A program made the translations under genes and the position numbers. Shown in pieces: positions 8,977 through 19,609 of a stretch of 64,000 nt of DNA. Numbering within the stretch: position 1 is the stretch's first letter; the number at the start of each line of letters is the position of its first letter. This stretch comes from an uncultured Eubacteriales bacterium (GTDB taxonomy: Bacteria; Acidobacteriota; Aminicenantia; Aminicenantales; Aminicenantaceae). The notes under the pieces are model-generated. The model saw only the letters and a list, made by a program, of their open reading frames with translations, made no database searches and was not told the origin of the DNA. The DNA lies in NCBI GenBank assembly GCA_964633715.1, contig CAZWHQ010000010.1, positions 26,263 to 90,262 on the forward strand, written 5' to 3'.

Positions 8977-10062
8977 TTATGCGGCTTGCAGTTCAGCCAG
9001 CAGCCCAGTAATGAGGTCTTTTACTTTGACTATCTTATTAAGGCGATAGGCATTCTGTCCACAGAAAATAAGTCCATGTTCCACATCTCCAAAATAGGAG
9101 TTGAGGAGAGCGCGGGCAATGCAGTATTTCGCTGTACTTACTTTACAGAGCGTCAGGCACCGGTAGGGGCACTTGACCTTGAGCTTCCCTTTAATATCTA
9201 TGTTCTTAAGGAACTTGTTATAGATAGCCCGCCCCGGCATACCAACAGGACTTTTAATGATGGTGATGTCTTCCTCTGTGGCATCAAGGTAGGCCTGTTT
9301 AAACTCCTGAGAAACATCACACTCATCGGTGCAAACAAAACGTGTGGCCATCTGAACCCCGGAAGCACCCATTGATATCATTCGAGCAATGTCTTTTCCG
9401 GTAAATATCCCTCCGGCCGCGATGACAGGAATTTTCTTTCCCTGTTTATCTTCAAAGGGTTTGATGGTCTCCAAAATCTGAGGGAGGAGAATTTCCAGAG
9501 AATACTTTTCCGGTTCCTCAAGCTGCTCCACAGAAAAGCCAAGGTGCCCTCCTGCCAAAGGGCCCTCAAGAATCAATGCATCAGGGATTCGTCCATATCG
9601 TTTATCCCAGGATTGGAGAACAAGCCTGGCGACTCTGGCCGAGCTCACAATCGGAACAAGATTCACCGATGTATCATTGACAGTAGCAGGGAGTTTTATG
9701 GGAAGTCCGGCGCCATAAATGATAATTTTTATGCCTTCCCTTACAGCAGCCAGGATCATATCATCCACATTGGAGAGTACTCCCATAAAATTCACGGCCA
9801 AATGGCCATCTGTTTTACTTTTTGCCTTTCGAATCTCCCTGATTAGCGATTCTCTGGATTCACTCTCATAGTCTTTTATTCCGGCTTTTACGTTTCCCAG
9901 TCCAACACTCGCAATGGTTCCTATCGCTCCTGTATCAGCCACAGCTGCCGCCAGAGAAGAGAGAGACACTCGCACACCCATTCCCCCCTGTATGATCGGG
10001 ATGTCAGCAGTGATCGAGCCAATTTTTAATTTCGGAATATCCACACAATCTTTCCTAAACAT
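8977..10062 (-). CDS. Nitronate monooxygenase / 2-nitropropane dioxygenase family flavoprotein (FabK-like TIM barrel).
   Basis: Contains PIIQGGMGVRVS, AAGGIFTGKDIARMISMGASGVQMATRF and a GAGLP block. The track start at 10074 is a TTG. I prefer the ATG at 10062. Confidence 0.75.
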   Translation of the reverse strand: MFRKDCVDIPKLKIGSITADIPIIQGGMGVRVSLSSLAAAVADTGAIGTIASVGLGNVKAGIKDYESESRESLIREIRKAKSKTDGHLAVNFMGVLSNVDDMILAAVREGIKIIIYGAGLPIKLPATVNDTSVNLVPIVSSARVARLVLQSWDKRYGRIPDALILEGPLAGGHLGFSVEQLEEPEKYSLEILLPQILETIKPFEDKQGKKIPVIAAGGIFTGKDIARMISMGASGVQMATRFVCTDECDVSQEFKQAYLDATEEDITIIKSPVGMPGRAIYNKFLKNIDIKGKLKVKCPYRCLTLCKVSTAKYCIARALLNSYFGDVEHGLIFCGQNAYRLNKIVKVKDLITGLLAELQAA

Positions 10063-10160
10063 TTTTTTTCGCAAGGGATTTTTAATTAAATTATACGATT
10101 TTTTTTCTGAAATTCAATAGTTTTCTCGATTTTTCACGTCACTCAGAACTTATTTCCAAG

Positions 10161-11498
10161 CTATTGACCTTCAATACAGTAGAGATTTTTATATCCGCGC
10201 AGAAACAACTGGTTTCCGACAACAACGGGTGAAGCGTTAAAATTGTCATCCAGTTGGTTTTTTGCCAGTATGTCAAAATTGGGGCCGTGTTTGATCACAA
10301 AGGCCATTCCATTTTGTCCAAGGATGATGATTTTGTTGCTGGCCACAATGGGGGACGCGAAAATATTCCCCATTCCTTCAAGCCGCTGATTGCTGTAGAA
10401 AGCTTTCCCTGTTTTTGCATCAAAGCAGGAGAGGATACCATTATTGCTCTTGAGAAAATACAGGGAATCTTCGAAGAGCAGAGGAGAAGGTGCATAAGGT
10501 GTATCTTGATCAAATTTCCAAATGATCGCATCCGTACCGGTGATGTTCCCCTTGGCCTCGGAAAGACGAATGGCCAGAAGCGCATTTCCTCGATAACCGC
10601 TCATCAGATAGACAACCCCCTTGGCTTCCACCGGCATGGGGATGGCGTTCATTGTCATTCCGGCACATTCCCAGATCAGATCTCCGGTGGCAAGATCATA
10701 GCTCCGGATCAGTGCCGTTGCGCTGGTGATCACCTGAGGTTTTCCATTGTTTTCAACAATCAAAGGTGAAGCCCAGGAAGTTCCTTCATCGCGGTCGACT
10801 TTCCAAATGTCCTTTCCCGTCTTTTTATCGAGAGCGATGATGAACGACTGCCCCTCATGGTCCCATGTGACGACAATTTTATCGCCGTAGAGGGCAGGAG
10901 AACTGCCTTCACCAAAATTCATTCTTTTCTTCAACTGGCCAAAATCCCGATCCCATTTGACATGGCCCTCCATGTCCAGACAATACAGTCCCCGGGAACC
11001 AAAGTAGGCATAGATGTGTTCGCCGTCTGTCAGAGGAGAATTTGAGGCCCAGCTGCCGAACTGGTGCGTCCCTTCCTGAGGCCATTCTTCCTTGACTGTT
11101 GTCTGCCAGAGGATTTTCCCGTCATTCCGGTCCAGAGCCATCACAACAAACTTATGGATTTTATTCGTCCTCGATGAGGGCATCCCGCGGCCTTGTGCAG
11201 TACCTCCAGCCGGCTCTTCGGGTTGGCCCTCTTTTTCGGTCTCCACGGCCGTGGTCAGATAGATTCTATTTCCCCAGATGATAGGGGTGGAATGGCCCTT
11301 CCCAGGGATGGCGATTTTCCATTTGATATTTTTTGTCTCGCTCCACTCAGATGGGAAATTTCCATTGGGAGAGACACCGTTGTCAAGAGGACCCCGCCAC
11401 TGCGGCCAGTTATTTTCGATGTCCGCCCCATTCTCATAAGCTAAAAAAAAGCTCGAACAGACGACTAAAAGACTCATCAACAAAGCAAATTTTTTCAT
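10161..11498 (-). CDS. PQQ-like beta-propeller repeat protein (BamB-like fold), secreted; paralog 1 of 6 in this window.
   Basis: Signal peptide followed by the N-terminal NWPQWRGP motif and PIIWGNRIYLTTA. Repeated W/G-rich blade signatures follow. AAGGAG lies upstream. Confidence 0.75.
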   Translation of the reverse strand: MKKFALLMSLLVVCSSFFLAYENGADIENNWPQWRGPLDNGVSPNGNFPSEWSETKNIKWKIAIPGKGHSTPIIWGNRIYLTTAVETEKEGQPEEPAGGTAQGRGMPSSRTNKIHKFVVMALDRNDGKILWQTTVKEEWPQEGTHQFGSWASNSPLTDGEHIYAYFGSRGLYCLDMEGHVKWDRDFGQLKKRMNFGEGSSPALYGDKIVVTWDHEGQSFIIALDKKTGKDIWKVDRDEGTSWASPLIVENNGKPQVITSATALIRSYDLATGDLIWECAGMTMNAIPMPVEAKGVVYLMSGYRGNALLAIRLSEAKGNITGTDAIIWKFDQDTPYAPSPLLFEDSLYFLKSNNGILSCFDAKTGKAFYSNQRLEGMGNIFASPIVASNKIIILGQNGMAFVIKHGPNFDILAKNQLDDNFNASPVVVGNQLFLRGYKNLYCIEGQ

Positions 11499-11527
11499 TC
11501 TTGTGGATCTCCTTATAAATTGTGGAA

Positions 11528-12901
11528 CTATTCTGCAATACAGTACAAATGGGTTGATGTTCGGATAAAAAGCTGTGATCCTGAGACGGCTGGGGACGCC
11601 AGTGTATAACTCCCGTCAAGCTCATTCGTTGCAAGAAGTTTGAATTCCTTCCCTACAGAAATAATGGATGTCACGGCTCTTTCATTGATGATATAGAGTT
11701 TCCCATCCGAAAGAATGGGAGAGGCGCTCACGATTGCCTCCGTAGTAGATTCCGGTCCCCATATTTGTTCTCCTGTTTTTGCGTCCAGACATGTCACAAG
11801 GCCTCTGTCATCGACCATATAAAAATATGTGCCGTCACAGACCGTGGAGGGAACATCCGGGCCGGCTGCCCCTTCATATTTCCAGACCAGATGGCTCTCC
11901 GTGATGTCTCCTGTCCCTCCGACCTTAAGAGCCAGAAGAGGTTTTTTCCGGGAGGGCGCATAGATTATTCCATCCACAACAATCGGCGTGGGAACGATGC
12001 GGTAATTTGAGCGCTTTAGAGGATTTAATCCGGCGGCCCGCCAGATCTCTTTTCCTGTCTTAAAATCATGGCCTGTGACATAATCCCCTCCCGAGATAAC
12101 GATCTGCGTCTGTCCCCGGTATTGAAGGACAACGGGAGTCGTGTAAGCATCGGGGGATTCCCTTTCTGCATCCGTCGGGCGCTCCTGATGCCACAGGACT
12201 TTTCCTGACTTGGCCTCAAAGGAAACGATATAAGAGGGGTCATCCGTGCGCATCCCATGGAGGACCTCAACAATGAGGCTGCCATCGTGCAGCAGCGGTG
12301 AAGATCCATAACCCCAATTGTGACCAAAGGGACCGTAGTCTTTTTGCAGATCTTTTTTCCAGATTGATTTACCGTCCATATCAAAACAAAAGATTTTGCC
12401 CGTCCCGGTCACTACCCACACATTTTGCCCATCTGTAACAGGAGAAGGCGTAGAGTCGTTTTGTTTGTTGTGTACCTGGTTTTTATTATCCAGCTCTCTC
12501 TGCCAGAGAATCTTCCCATCCTTTTTGGAAATACAGAGTAAAAACAGTTTTGATCCTCCAGGATCCCTGCCGGGCCTCCGGCTTCTTTGAGTGCCCTGAG
12601 CTTGTTCTTTCTGTGCAGGCTTTTCGGAAGGGCCAGGTTCAGGACTGGATTCTGCTTTGGATGGAGATGTGATAAATATCCGGTTGCCCCAAATAATAGG
12701 AGTTGCCGCACTCCAAGAAGGCAGTTCTGTTTTCCAGACTATATTTTCAGTGAGACTCCACTTCATGGGAAGGTTTACGGCATCGGTGATTCCGTTATGA
12801 AGAGGTCCTCTCCAATGAGGCCAATTTTCTTCAGCCTGGAGATATCCAAAAACACCAAAAAGGGCCACTATTGAGGCCAGGGTCAAAATCAATTTCTTCA
12901 T
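11528..12901 (-). CDS. PQQ-like beta-propeller repeat protein, secreted; paralog 2, in tandem with paralog 1.
   Basis: Carries NWPHWRGPLHNG and PIIWGNRIFITSP motifs. A Ser/Pro/Glu-rich linker insert is present. Confidence 0.75.
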   Translation of the reverse strand: MKKLILTLASIVALFGVFGYLQAEENWPHWRGPLHNGITDAVNLPMKWSLTENIVWKTELPSWSAATPIIWGNRIFITSPSKAESSPEPGPSEKPAQKEQAQGTQRSRRPGRDPGGSKLFLLCISKKDGKILWQRELDNKNQVHNKQNDSTPSPVTDGQNVWVVTGTGKIFCFDMDGKSIWKKDLQKDYGPFGHNWGYGSSPLLHDGSLIVEVLHGMRTDDPSYIVSFEAKSGKVLWHQERPTDAERESPDAYTTPVVLQYRGQTQIVISGGDYVTGHDFKTGKEIWRAAGLNPLKRSNYRIVPTPIVVDGIIYAPSRKKPLLALKVGGTGDITESHLVWKYEGAAGPDVPSTVCDGTYFYMVDDRGLVTCLDAKTGEQIWGPESTTEAIVSASPILSDGKLYIINERAVTSIISVGKEFKLLATNELDGSYTLASPAVSGSQLFIRTSTHLYCIAE

Positions 12902-12966
12902 TTACCTTCTCCTGATTTTACTCACTTGGATGTTAAAAACACTTTTTATTTAGACGCAGAAAAGAT

Positions 12967-15900
12967 CTATTCCTTTCTTAAAGCTGGAGAAAGATCTTCT
13001 TTTAAGGCCATTTTCGCCGCTAAATACGTCCACAATGCTCCATTGAGACCAACTATAATAAATACTATAAGTATAGTAGGATAAGGGATTTCAGCACCCG
13101 GTGTCAACAGGGAAGGCAGAGTCGCCATGAGTGCCGCCAAAATTCCATATAAAATGCCAGCCGCTAGAAGTGTTATATGCTCGGACAAAACGATGGCCTG
13201 AATCGATTTTTTCGAAAAACCAACAGCACGGAGCAGGGCCAATTCTCCCTGGCGTTCTTTGATATTGCGCCAAACAACAATCCCCAATCCAAAACTTCCC
13301 AGCAGCAGGCCAAAACTCCCAAGAATAAGAAATATGGACAGATAGGTGTTCTGAACGGCATTAAACTCTGCCAACCGATTCGGTGCAGACATAATATCTA
13401 ATCCCAAATCCTGCATAGCCCAGGCTAGTTCATCCAAAGCTTCTCCACTATTCTCGGGTGAACTGTCAACAAGAAAAATTCTGTAGCCACTGACTGAAGG
13501 ATATTTCTGGATAAAGGCCTCCTCAGAAATGATGACATTCCCCTGGAAGATTGAGTTGGATAATCCCCCGACCAATTTGATTTGGAAATTTTGCCCCCTT
13601 TCATCCACATAGGTCAGAGAGTCTCCTACGGATTTACCTAATGCCCAAACAATGACCGACAAATCTGCAACCGCCGGCACAAGGCCATCTTCCAATTGGC
13701 TATCGAGAACTGACCAAGGATTATCCGGATCGACATCCCCTGAAGTTTCGGCAAAAGTAAAGGCTCCTCTCTCTTCGAATTGTTTGGGATTGACTCCGAT
13801 CAACTGTGGATTTGTGACCTGATTGAGATTCAGGCAGCTCGCGTCATCTCCCTCTTTCACCCGGAATTGTACATATCGGAGGTCTAAAGAACGAACCTTT
13901 TCCAATCCGTAAAATTGCTGACCCTTTGTGCTGTTGAGATCATAAAGGACAGGAATTGAACTTTCCCCAAAAAGCGCAAATCCTCCTGTTCCGGATTCTC
14001 TTTTGTTGGCATCTTTGAAAGAATTGAGCCGGTTGGCCCCAACTGTAAATACAATGAACAATCCGCAGGCAAGGAGCCCGATTAGAGTGACACTGCGCAG
14101 GCGTTTTCTAGCGTTGTTCCGGATCCCGATGCGCAACAGGCTGAGCCGGGAGGACTTTTTCGGTCTGCCGATCCTCAACAGCAGGGCATTTGTCAGCGCC
14201 ATCCCACCTGTCAAAAGCAGCGTTCCCGAAATAAAAAACACCATAAAAGCCTTACCCCCCGTGCCAAAATTCGTAAAAAGCAAAAGGAGGCATACTGCGA
14301 CCACGCAGGCCAATCCAAAAACCAAACTTTTTTTTGGTCTTTTTTTACCCAAGCTGTCAAGCTTTGTTTGGCCTCTCTGCAGTGCGGCTGCAGATTGTCT
14401 GACCTGTCTTCTGGTCACCAGCCAGATTGTCAAAAAAGCGACAACACTCCCTATCAATACACCCAATAGAATGGAAAACACTCTAAGATGAATAAAAAGC
14501 ACAGATGTTCCCACAGCAGCCTGCCATACAGTTTTGAGTGCAAAAAGAACAACCTGATTGTAGATCACTCCCAAAAGAGCACCCAAAATACTGCTGACCG
14601 TGATTAGCACGGCGCCTTCAAAAAGCACCAGTCGTCTCACGCTCTTTTTCGAAAATCCCAGTGCGAGATACAGACCAATTTCTTCAGACCTTTTCTCTGT
14701 ATTAAAACCAAACAGCAGTCCTGTCAGCAACAATGCGGCTAAAACTATAAAAAAGCTCAATCCTAAAAAAAGCTCGGAAAAACTTACTGATTGTGAACTC
14801 GCCTGAAGACCGGTCTCCTTGACCGCCTGAAAGACAAATCCAAGATTGGCCGGATCCAAAACTTCTCTCAGTTTGTATTCGAGATTATTTTTATCTAAAT
14901 CCCGAAACCGGACAGCGGTGAAACTTCCAAACCTGTTGGTCCACATCTCTTGTGCCGCTTCCAGAGACACAAAAGCTTTTGGAGTTCCTCCGAAATTATC
15001 CCAATAGTCCTCATCCTTATCTCGGATTTTATCCAAATCAATAGGGATGCCGGGATTCCAGTCACGGCAGTTATCCTCTCCGGCCAACCCTGGAAAATCA
15101 GGAAGGAGATCTTTGTCAGCATAAGGCCCTTGAATAGAAACAACGTCTTTAACCTTGAAGGTCGACGTTTTTTCCTTCAAATCACGCCCTGGCCCCAACA
15201 CATAATATGTCAACTGGATATTGTCTCCCCCTCTAGCTGAGATATCTTGGGACAGCCAATCATTTATAATAATATCATCCTCTCCCATTTCAGCCGGAAC
15301 TTGAGGCATTCCAGGAGCGGAGACAAATGAGTAGGGCGCCGCTCTTGCCCCAAAGCGTATTTCATTAACAAAATAGGTTAGTACAGGTTGGGCTCCAGGA
15401 AAAAGTTGCAGGACTGTCTCCGCAATAGTGGAATCCAGAAAAATTCGATTTGATCTGAGTTCTAAAACATCAGGCTCAGAAACCTTCCGAACGTCCAGAC
15501 CAGCATCATCCAGGATCCACCTCTTTTTAAAGGCCTCATTGAGAGTGAGGATATCCAGCGGGTTGTTTTTTCGTTCCCCCACAAGCAAAACATTTGCTCG
15601 ATTGGGCAGACCCATTTCCTGAGACAAAAAAGAGATGGACACAAATACAGTCATAGGGGCGATCTGATCTGCCCTGAGATGAAACCGACCAAATTCTTCA
15701 TCTGATGCCACCGCCTTTATCCGGAAACGTCTCGCAAGCGATGACTCAGAATCCAATGCAAGAGGAGCATCCTTTGGCATGGCATCCAGTTTTTCCGCTC
15801 GCAGAAGGATTTCATCTCCGGCCTGGACACCCAATCGATTTGCCAGTTGACGGTTGACAACCGCCTCCTCAGGAGAGAGAGCCCCATAAATATCTTGGCC

Positions 15901-16260
15901 GCTGCTCAATTGACTAAAACGATCATCCACACCTAAAACTTGAATGCGGTTAATCCGGCGAGCCCCCCCATCGGCAACAGCGATTCCCCTTGTTTGAAAC
16001 AGAGGGGCAACAGGAGTGCCGAGATCATTCGAAAGATCATCTGCCAGTTGAGTCCGGAAAAAACGGTCACCCGAAGACAGGGCAAATTCAGTTTGTCCAA
16101 GTCTGTCCAACACGATCTGCCGGAGACTGAAGCGCACAGAATCCCCAATGACAAATGAGCCCACCAAAATGGCCGTGCTGACCATGGCTCCCAACACAAC
16201 CCACCGATGACTTTTGCGATAGTGAATCAGACTGCGGAATATAAGTTTTTTAAAATTCAT
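12967..16260 (-). CDS. Large ABC transporter permease with two FtsX domains (YbbP-like), 1097 aa.
   Basis: Two FtsX-type four-TM bundles are separated by large periplasmic domains. Its stop lies 5 bp before the ATPase gene. Confidence 0.8.
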   Translation of the reverse strand: MNFKKLIFRSLIHYRKSHRWVVLGAMVSTAILVGSFVIGDSVRFSLRQIVLDRLGQTEFALSSGDRFFRTQLADDLSNDLGTPVAPLFQTRGIAVADGGARRINRIQVLGVDDRFSQLSSGQDIYGALSPEEAVVNRQLANRLGVQAGDEILLRAEKLDAMPKDAPLALDSESSLARRFRIKAVASDEEFGRFHLRADQIAPMTVFVSISFLSQEMGLPNRANVLLVGERKNNPLDILTLNEAFKKRWILDDAGLDVRKVSEPDVLELRSNRIFLDSTIAETVLQLFPGAQPVLTYFVNEIRFGARAAPYSFVSAPGMPQVPAEMGEDDIIINDWLSQDISARGGDNIQLTYYVLGPGRDLKEKTSTFKVKDVVSIQGPYADKDLLPDFPGLAGEDNCRDWNPGIPIDLDKIRDKDEDYWDNFGGTPKAFVSLEAAQEMWTNRFGSFTAVRFRDLDKNNLEYKLREVLDPANLGFVFQAVKETGLQASSQSVSFSELFLGLSFFIVLAALLLTGLLFGFNTEKRSEEIGLYLALGFSKKSVRRLVLFEGAVLITVSSILGALLGVIYNQVVLFALKTVWQAAVGTSVLFIHLRVFSILLGVLIGSVVAFLTIWLVTRRQVRQSAAALQRGQTKLDSLGKKRPKKSLVFGLACVVAVCLLLLFTNFGTGGKAFMVFFISGTLLLTGGMALTNALLLRIGRPKKSSRLSLLRIGIRNNARKRLRSVTLIGLLACGLFIVFTVGANRLNSFKDANKRESGTGGFALFGESSIPVLYDLNSTKGQQFYGLEKVRSLDLRYVQFRVKEGDDASCLNLNQVTNPQLIGVNPKQFEERGAFTFAETSGDVDPDNPWSVLDSQLEDGLVPAVADLSVIVWALGKSVGDSLTYVDERGQNFQIKLVGGLSNSIFQGNVIISEEAFIQKYPSVSGYRIFLVDSSPENSGEALDELAWAMQDLGLDIMSAPNRLAEFNAVQNTYLSIFLILGSFGLLLGSFGLGIVVWRNIKERQGELALLRAVGFSKKSIQAIVLSEHITLLAAGILYGILAALMATLPSLLTPGAEIPYPTILIVFIIVGLNGALWTYLAAKMALKEDLSPALRKE

Positions 16261-16264
16261 TTTT

Positions 16265-16954
16265 TCAGAGTAATTTCAGATCCCCATCCTGAAGGCTGTA
16301 CACCTTGCCCATTAACCGAGCCATTTCTATTGAATGCGTGACTGTGATAAGGGCCACACCTTCCTCCTTGTTCAGATCTACAAGCAGATGGCCGAGCTTT
16401 TCCGAGGAGACTTTATCCAAGGATCCCGTTGGCTCATCAGCAAGGATCAGTTTGGGTGTATTGATAAGAGCCCTGACAACCGCCACCCTCTGCATCTCTC
16501 CTCCCGACAGCACAGCCGGAAAAAAGTCCAAACGTTCTTTTAGCCCGACTTTTTCAAGAAGGATTTTAGCCCTATTCATGACCTCTTCATCCGTTCTTTT
16601 CCCTCCGAAAGGTATCGTGGGGATGAGCACATTTTCCAAAACAGTGCATTGAGGGAGAAGATGATGGAGCTGAAATATAAATCCGATCTCCCTGTTTCTT
16701 ATGGCTGACAGTTCAGCGTCATCAAGATCTGCCAGGTTTTTCCCACTAAAAAAAACTTGTCCTGATGTGGGTTTATCCAGAGCACCTATTATATTGAGGA
16801 GAGTGCTCTTCCCTGATCCTGAAGGCCCTACCACAGCAACTGATTCACCCGCTTCTATTTGAAAGGATATGTTTTCCAGGACTGTCATTGCCTTTTGATC
16901 CGATTGGCCTTCAAATGATTTTGTAATTTTTTTGAGTTCAAGCAACATCGTCAT
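16265..16954 (-). CDS. ABC transporter ATP-binding protein (MacB/LolD/YbbA-like).
   Basis: Walker A GPSGSGKST, signature LSGGEMQRV and Walker B ILADEPTGSLD are all present. Confidence 0.9.
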   Translation of the reverse strand: MTMLLELKKITKSFEGQSDQKAMTVLENISFQIEAGESVAVVGPSGSGKSTLLNIIGALDKPTSGQVFFSGKNLADLDDAELSAIRNREIGFIFQLHHLLPQCTVLENVLIPTIPFGGKRTDEEVMNRAKILLEKVGLKERLDFFPAVLSGGEMQRVAVVRALINTPKLILADEPTGSLDKVSSEKLGHLLVDLNKEEGVALITVTHSIEMARLMGKVYSLQDGDLKLL

Positions 16955-18224
16955 AAATCCTCGCTATATTTTTCGCCATTGAGTCTATGGAAAACTGTTC
17001 CATAACCACCCGATGCCCCTCCTCTGCCATTTTTTGGACTCTATCCGGATCGACAAGCAGAGAACCCAGGGCATCGGCCAGCCGTTCACTCGTGTTTGGA
17101 TCGTAGAGGATTCCTCCGTTTGTCCTTTCGATGAATTCCGGATAGCAGCCCACATTTGGCTGCACAACCGGAACACCAGCGGCCAGCGCTTCGACCTGAT
17201 AGGCCCCAAAAGCTTCACCACTGGGGACAGGAACAGAAAGAAGCGTCAAGGATTTGAGAAATTGGACACGACTAAACTTTTCAAAATCCTTGAATATCTG
17301 GACATCACTCCCAAATCCATTCTTCGAGATTTTATCCAATTGTGCGTTAACATAAAATTTGTCGTCACCCGAATATCCTCCTGTCAGGTGAAGTCGAAGG
17401 TCTTTAAAGCGATTGTCTTTTTTGAGCTGAATAAAAGCGCCCACCAGTATCCCAAGACCAAAATACTCAGACATCCTGCACATGTACCCAATGACTGGAG
17501 GATCAAAGGGAAGGGGGGATTTCACATAGCCATCCAGGCATAGGCCTCCGTAAATAACTTTGATTTTTTCTGCGGGGATTTTCAGCTGCTGTTGAGATTT
17601 CTCGGAATAAAACCGGCTGGCGGTCACAAAGAGATCGACGTCTGCTGCCTTTTTGGCCATCAGATTCCATACCTGTTCCTGATAAGGTTTTTCCATCAGG
17701 TCCACCCACTCGTTCTCATCTTGAAGGGAACACACAACGCTTACACCAAGCTCACTTTTAAGTCTATGCGCCAATCCGAGCAAGAGGGCATTGGATAAAT
17801 GGACAACATCGGGAGCGATTTCATTTTCGAGATACTGGATGAGATGCTCCAACTCGGAAGCCTGCCGCCCCGTTTCTCCGTGAAGCATGGAAAGCGTCAT
17901 ATCCTCAAGCCCTGCTGCCCTTGTAGATCCAGACTTTTTTGCCGCGATGTTCAGCAGAATCTTAGAATCAAAAAACCGCTCCAACCATGCGGGCGCATGC
18001 CTGTAGAACGGTAGTTTTTCCTTCAAATAGACATTGATCGCCCCATAGAATACTGGAGTCCCAGTGATTTTTTCGCTGCTATCCAGATTTGTTGGGAGAT
18101 ACATAGGCATGCTGACAACATCATGATCCAATGAGATAAGCGATTTGAGGAGCGCCGCATCTCTAAAACAATTTTGGCAGTAGAATGTCAATCCCGATCC
18201 TGGTGTAATATACACAATTTTCAT
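16938..18224 (-). CDS. Glycosyltransferase family 4 (GT-B, group 1).
   Basis: Has the C-terminal EAFGAYQVEALAAGVPVV motif typical of GT4. It overlaps the downstream ATPase gene by 17 bp and the upstream propeller gene by 4 bp (ATGA), consistent with translational coupling. Confidence 0.8.
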   Translation of the reverse strand: MKIVYITPGSGLTFYCQNCFRDAALLKSLISLDHDVVSMPMYLPTNLDSSEKITGTPVFYGAINVYLKEKLPFYRHAPAWLERFFDSKILLNIAAKKSGSTRAAGLEDMTLSMLHGETGRQASELEHLIQYLENEIAPDVVHLSNALLLGLAHRLKSELGVSVVCSLQDENEWVDLMEKPYQEQVWNLMAKKAADVDLFVTASRFYSEKSQQQLKIPAEKIKVIYGGLCLDGYVKSPLPFDPPVIGYMCRMSEYFGLGILVGAFIQLKKDNRFKDLRLHLTGGYSGDDKFYVNAQLDKISKNGFGSDVQIFKDFEKFSRVQFLKSLTLLSVPVPSGEAFGAYQVEALAAGVPVVQPNVGCYPEFIERTNGGILYDPNTSERLADALGSLLVDPDRVQKMAEEGHRVVMEQFSIDSMAKNIARIYDDVA

Positions 18225-19381
18225 GACTGTTCTCCAAAGGCATAAACTCGGCCATCTTCTGATCCAATAACAACGAGTCCTCCGGCCACAGCAGGACTTC
18301 CGATAATGGCTCCACCGATTTCATAGGACCAGATTTTTTCCCCATCTTTGAGATTCAAGATGTACAGCCTGCCGTCAATCGATCCGAAAATGACTTTATC
18401 GCTCGAAACAACAGGGGATCCGTCTATTTCATCCAAAGTCTGAAATTCCCACAACTTTTCACCTGAATTTCTGTCCACACAGTGCAGATAACCATCACGG
18501 GAGCCAATGATCACCCTGTCTTTCGTGACAGCCGGGGAAGAAAAAAATGGACCGGGATGGTTTTTATCCTCATATGTCCACACGATTTGTTCAGCGATAA
18601 GATCAATAGCCACCAATTGATTATCATAATGGCCAAGATAGGCCAAATTGTCAACAAGAGCGGCCGACCCGGGGATATAGGAACCCGCCCAAACTTCCCC
18701 TGTTTTTGTCCCATCAGAAACAGAGATAATATGAAGGATTTCATCACATCCACCAAAGATGACATGTGTGCCATCTGTGGATGGAGCACCATTGATAAAA
18801 TTTTCAGTTTCATATTCCCAGATGAGTTCTCCCGTGATTGAATTCAAACAATACATCCTATTGTCGTAGCTGCCTACGAGAATCCTTGCTTCTGGATTGT
18901 TTGGACTAATCACCCAATTGGCTGATCCATAAATAGAGCTGCCGCACTTATATCTCCAGAGCTCCTGCCCGGTGAGGGCATCCAAACAAAGGAATTCTCC
19001 ACTCAAATTTCCAATATAGACCGCATCTTGAAACAGAAGTGGCGAGGCTTCGATATCATCTTCTGTGTCAAAGGTCCATATCTGGCGGCCGGTGAGAAAA
19101 TCGAGTGAATAGACTTTTCCATCCGTAGATCCGATATAAACATTCCCGTTGCCGAGGACGGGAGACGAAATGATGTATGACTCTGTATTGAAGGACCAGA
19201 GAAGAGACAGCTCATCCGGGACTTGATCCTCTGCGATCCCGGTCAAGGCTGAATCCCCGCGAAAAATCGGCCAACTCACACTATCCACATCCAAAATCCT
19301 TTCCCCTACATCTTTTTTGGCACACGTGTACACCAGCAGAGGGAGGATCAAAAGAAAAAAAATATATTTAATCTTGCACAT
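18221..19381 (-). CDS. PQQ-like beta-propeller repeat protein, 386 aa, secreted; paralog 3.
   Basis: Signal peptide followed by repeated blade motifs with YxG and GxxDGxxY patterns. The N-terminal WPxWRGP motif of the other paralogs is replaced by WPIFRGD. Confidence 0.7.
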   Translation of the reverse strand: MCKIKYIFFLLILPLLVYTCAKKDVGERILDVDSVSWPIFRGDSALTGIAEDQVPDELSLLWSFNTESYIISSPVLGNGNVYIGSTDGKVYSLDFLTGRQIWTFDTEDDIEASPLLFQDAVYIGNLSGEFLCLDALTGQELWRYKCGSSIYGSANWVISPNNPEARILVGSYDNRMYCLNSITGELIWEYETENFINGAPSTDGTHVIFGGCDEILHIISVSDGTKTGEVWAGSYIPGSAALVDNLAYLGHYDNQLVAIDLIAEQIVWTYEDKNHPGPFFSSPAVTKDRVIIGSRDGYLHCVDRNSGEKLWEFQTLDEIDGSPVVSSDKVIFGSIDGRLYILNLKDGEKIWSYEIGGAIIGSPAVAGGLVVIGSEDGRVYAFGEQS

Positions 19382-19609
19382 AATCTTTTCCCTCTAAGAA
19401 AACATTTGAATCCTTATAAAATAAAAATATAAGCGTAAGGGTGTACAGTGAAAAAGGTGGTATGGAGGCTGAAGCGAGCATGGTTTCCGGTCGAAGACCG
19501 GAAGAGCGAAGCCGGAATCCAGCCGTTGTTCCTCGCTGGGGAAAAACGAGCGTGCCTTTAAGCTGTATTCCCTGAGCATTATTTTTTATTTTATGAGGTC
19601 TTAAATTTT

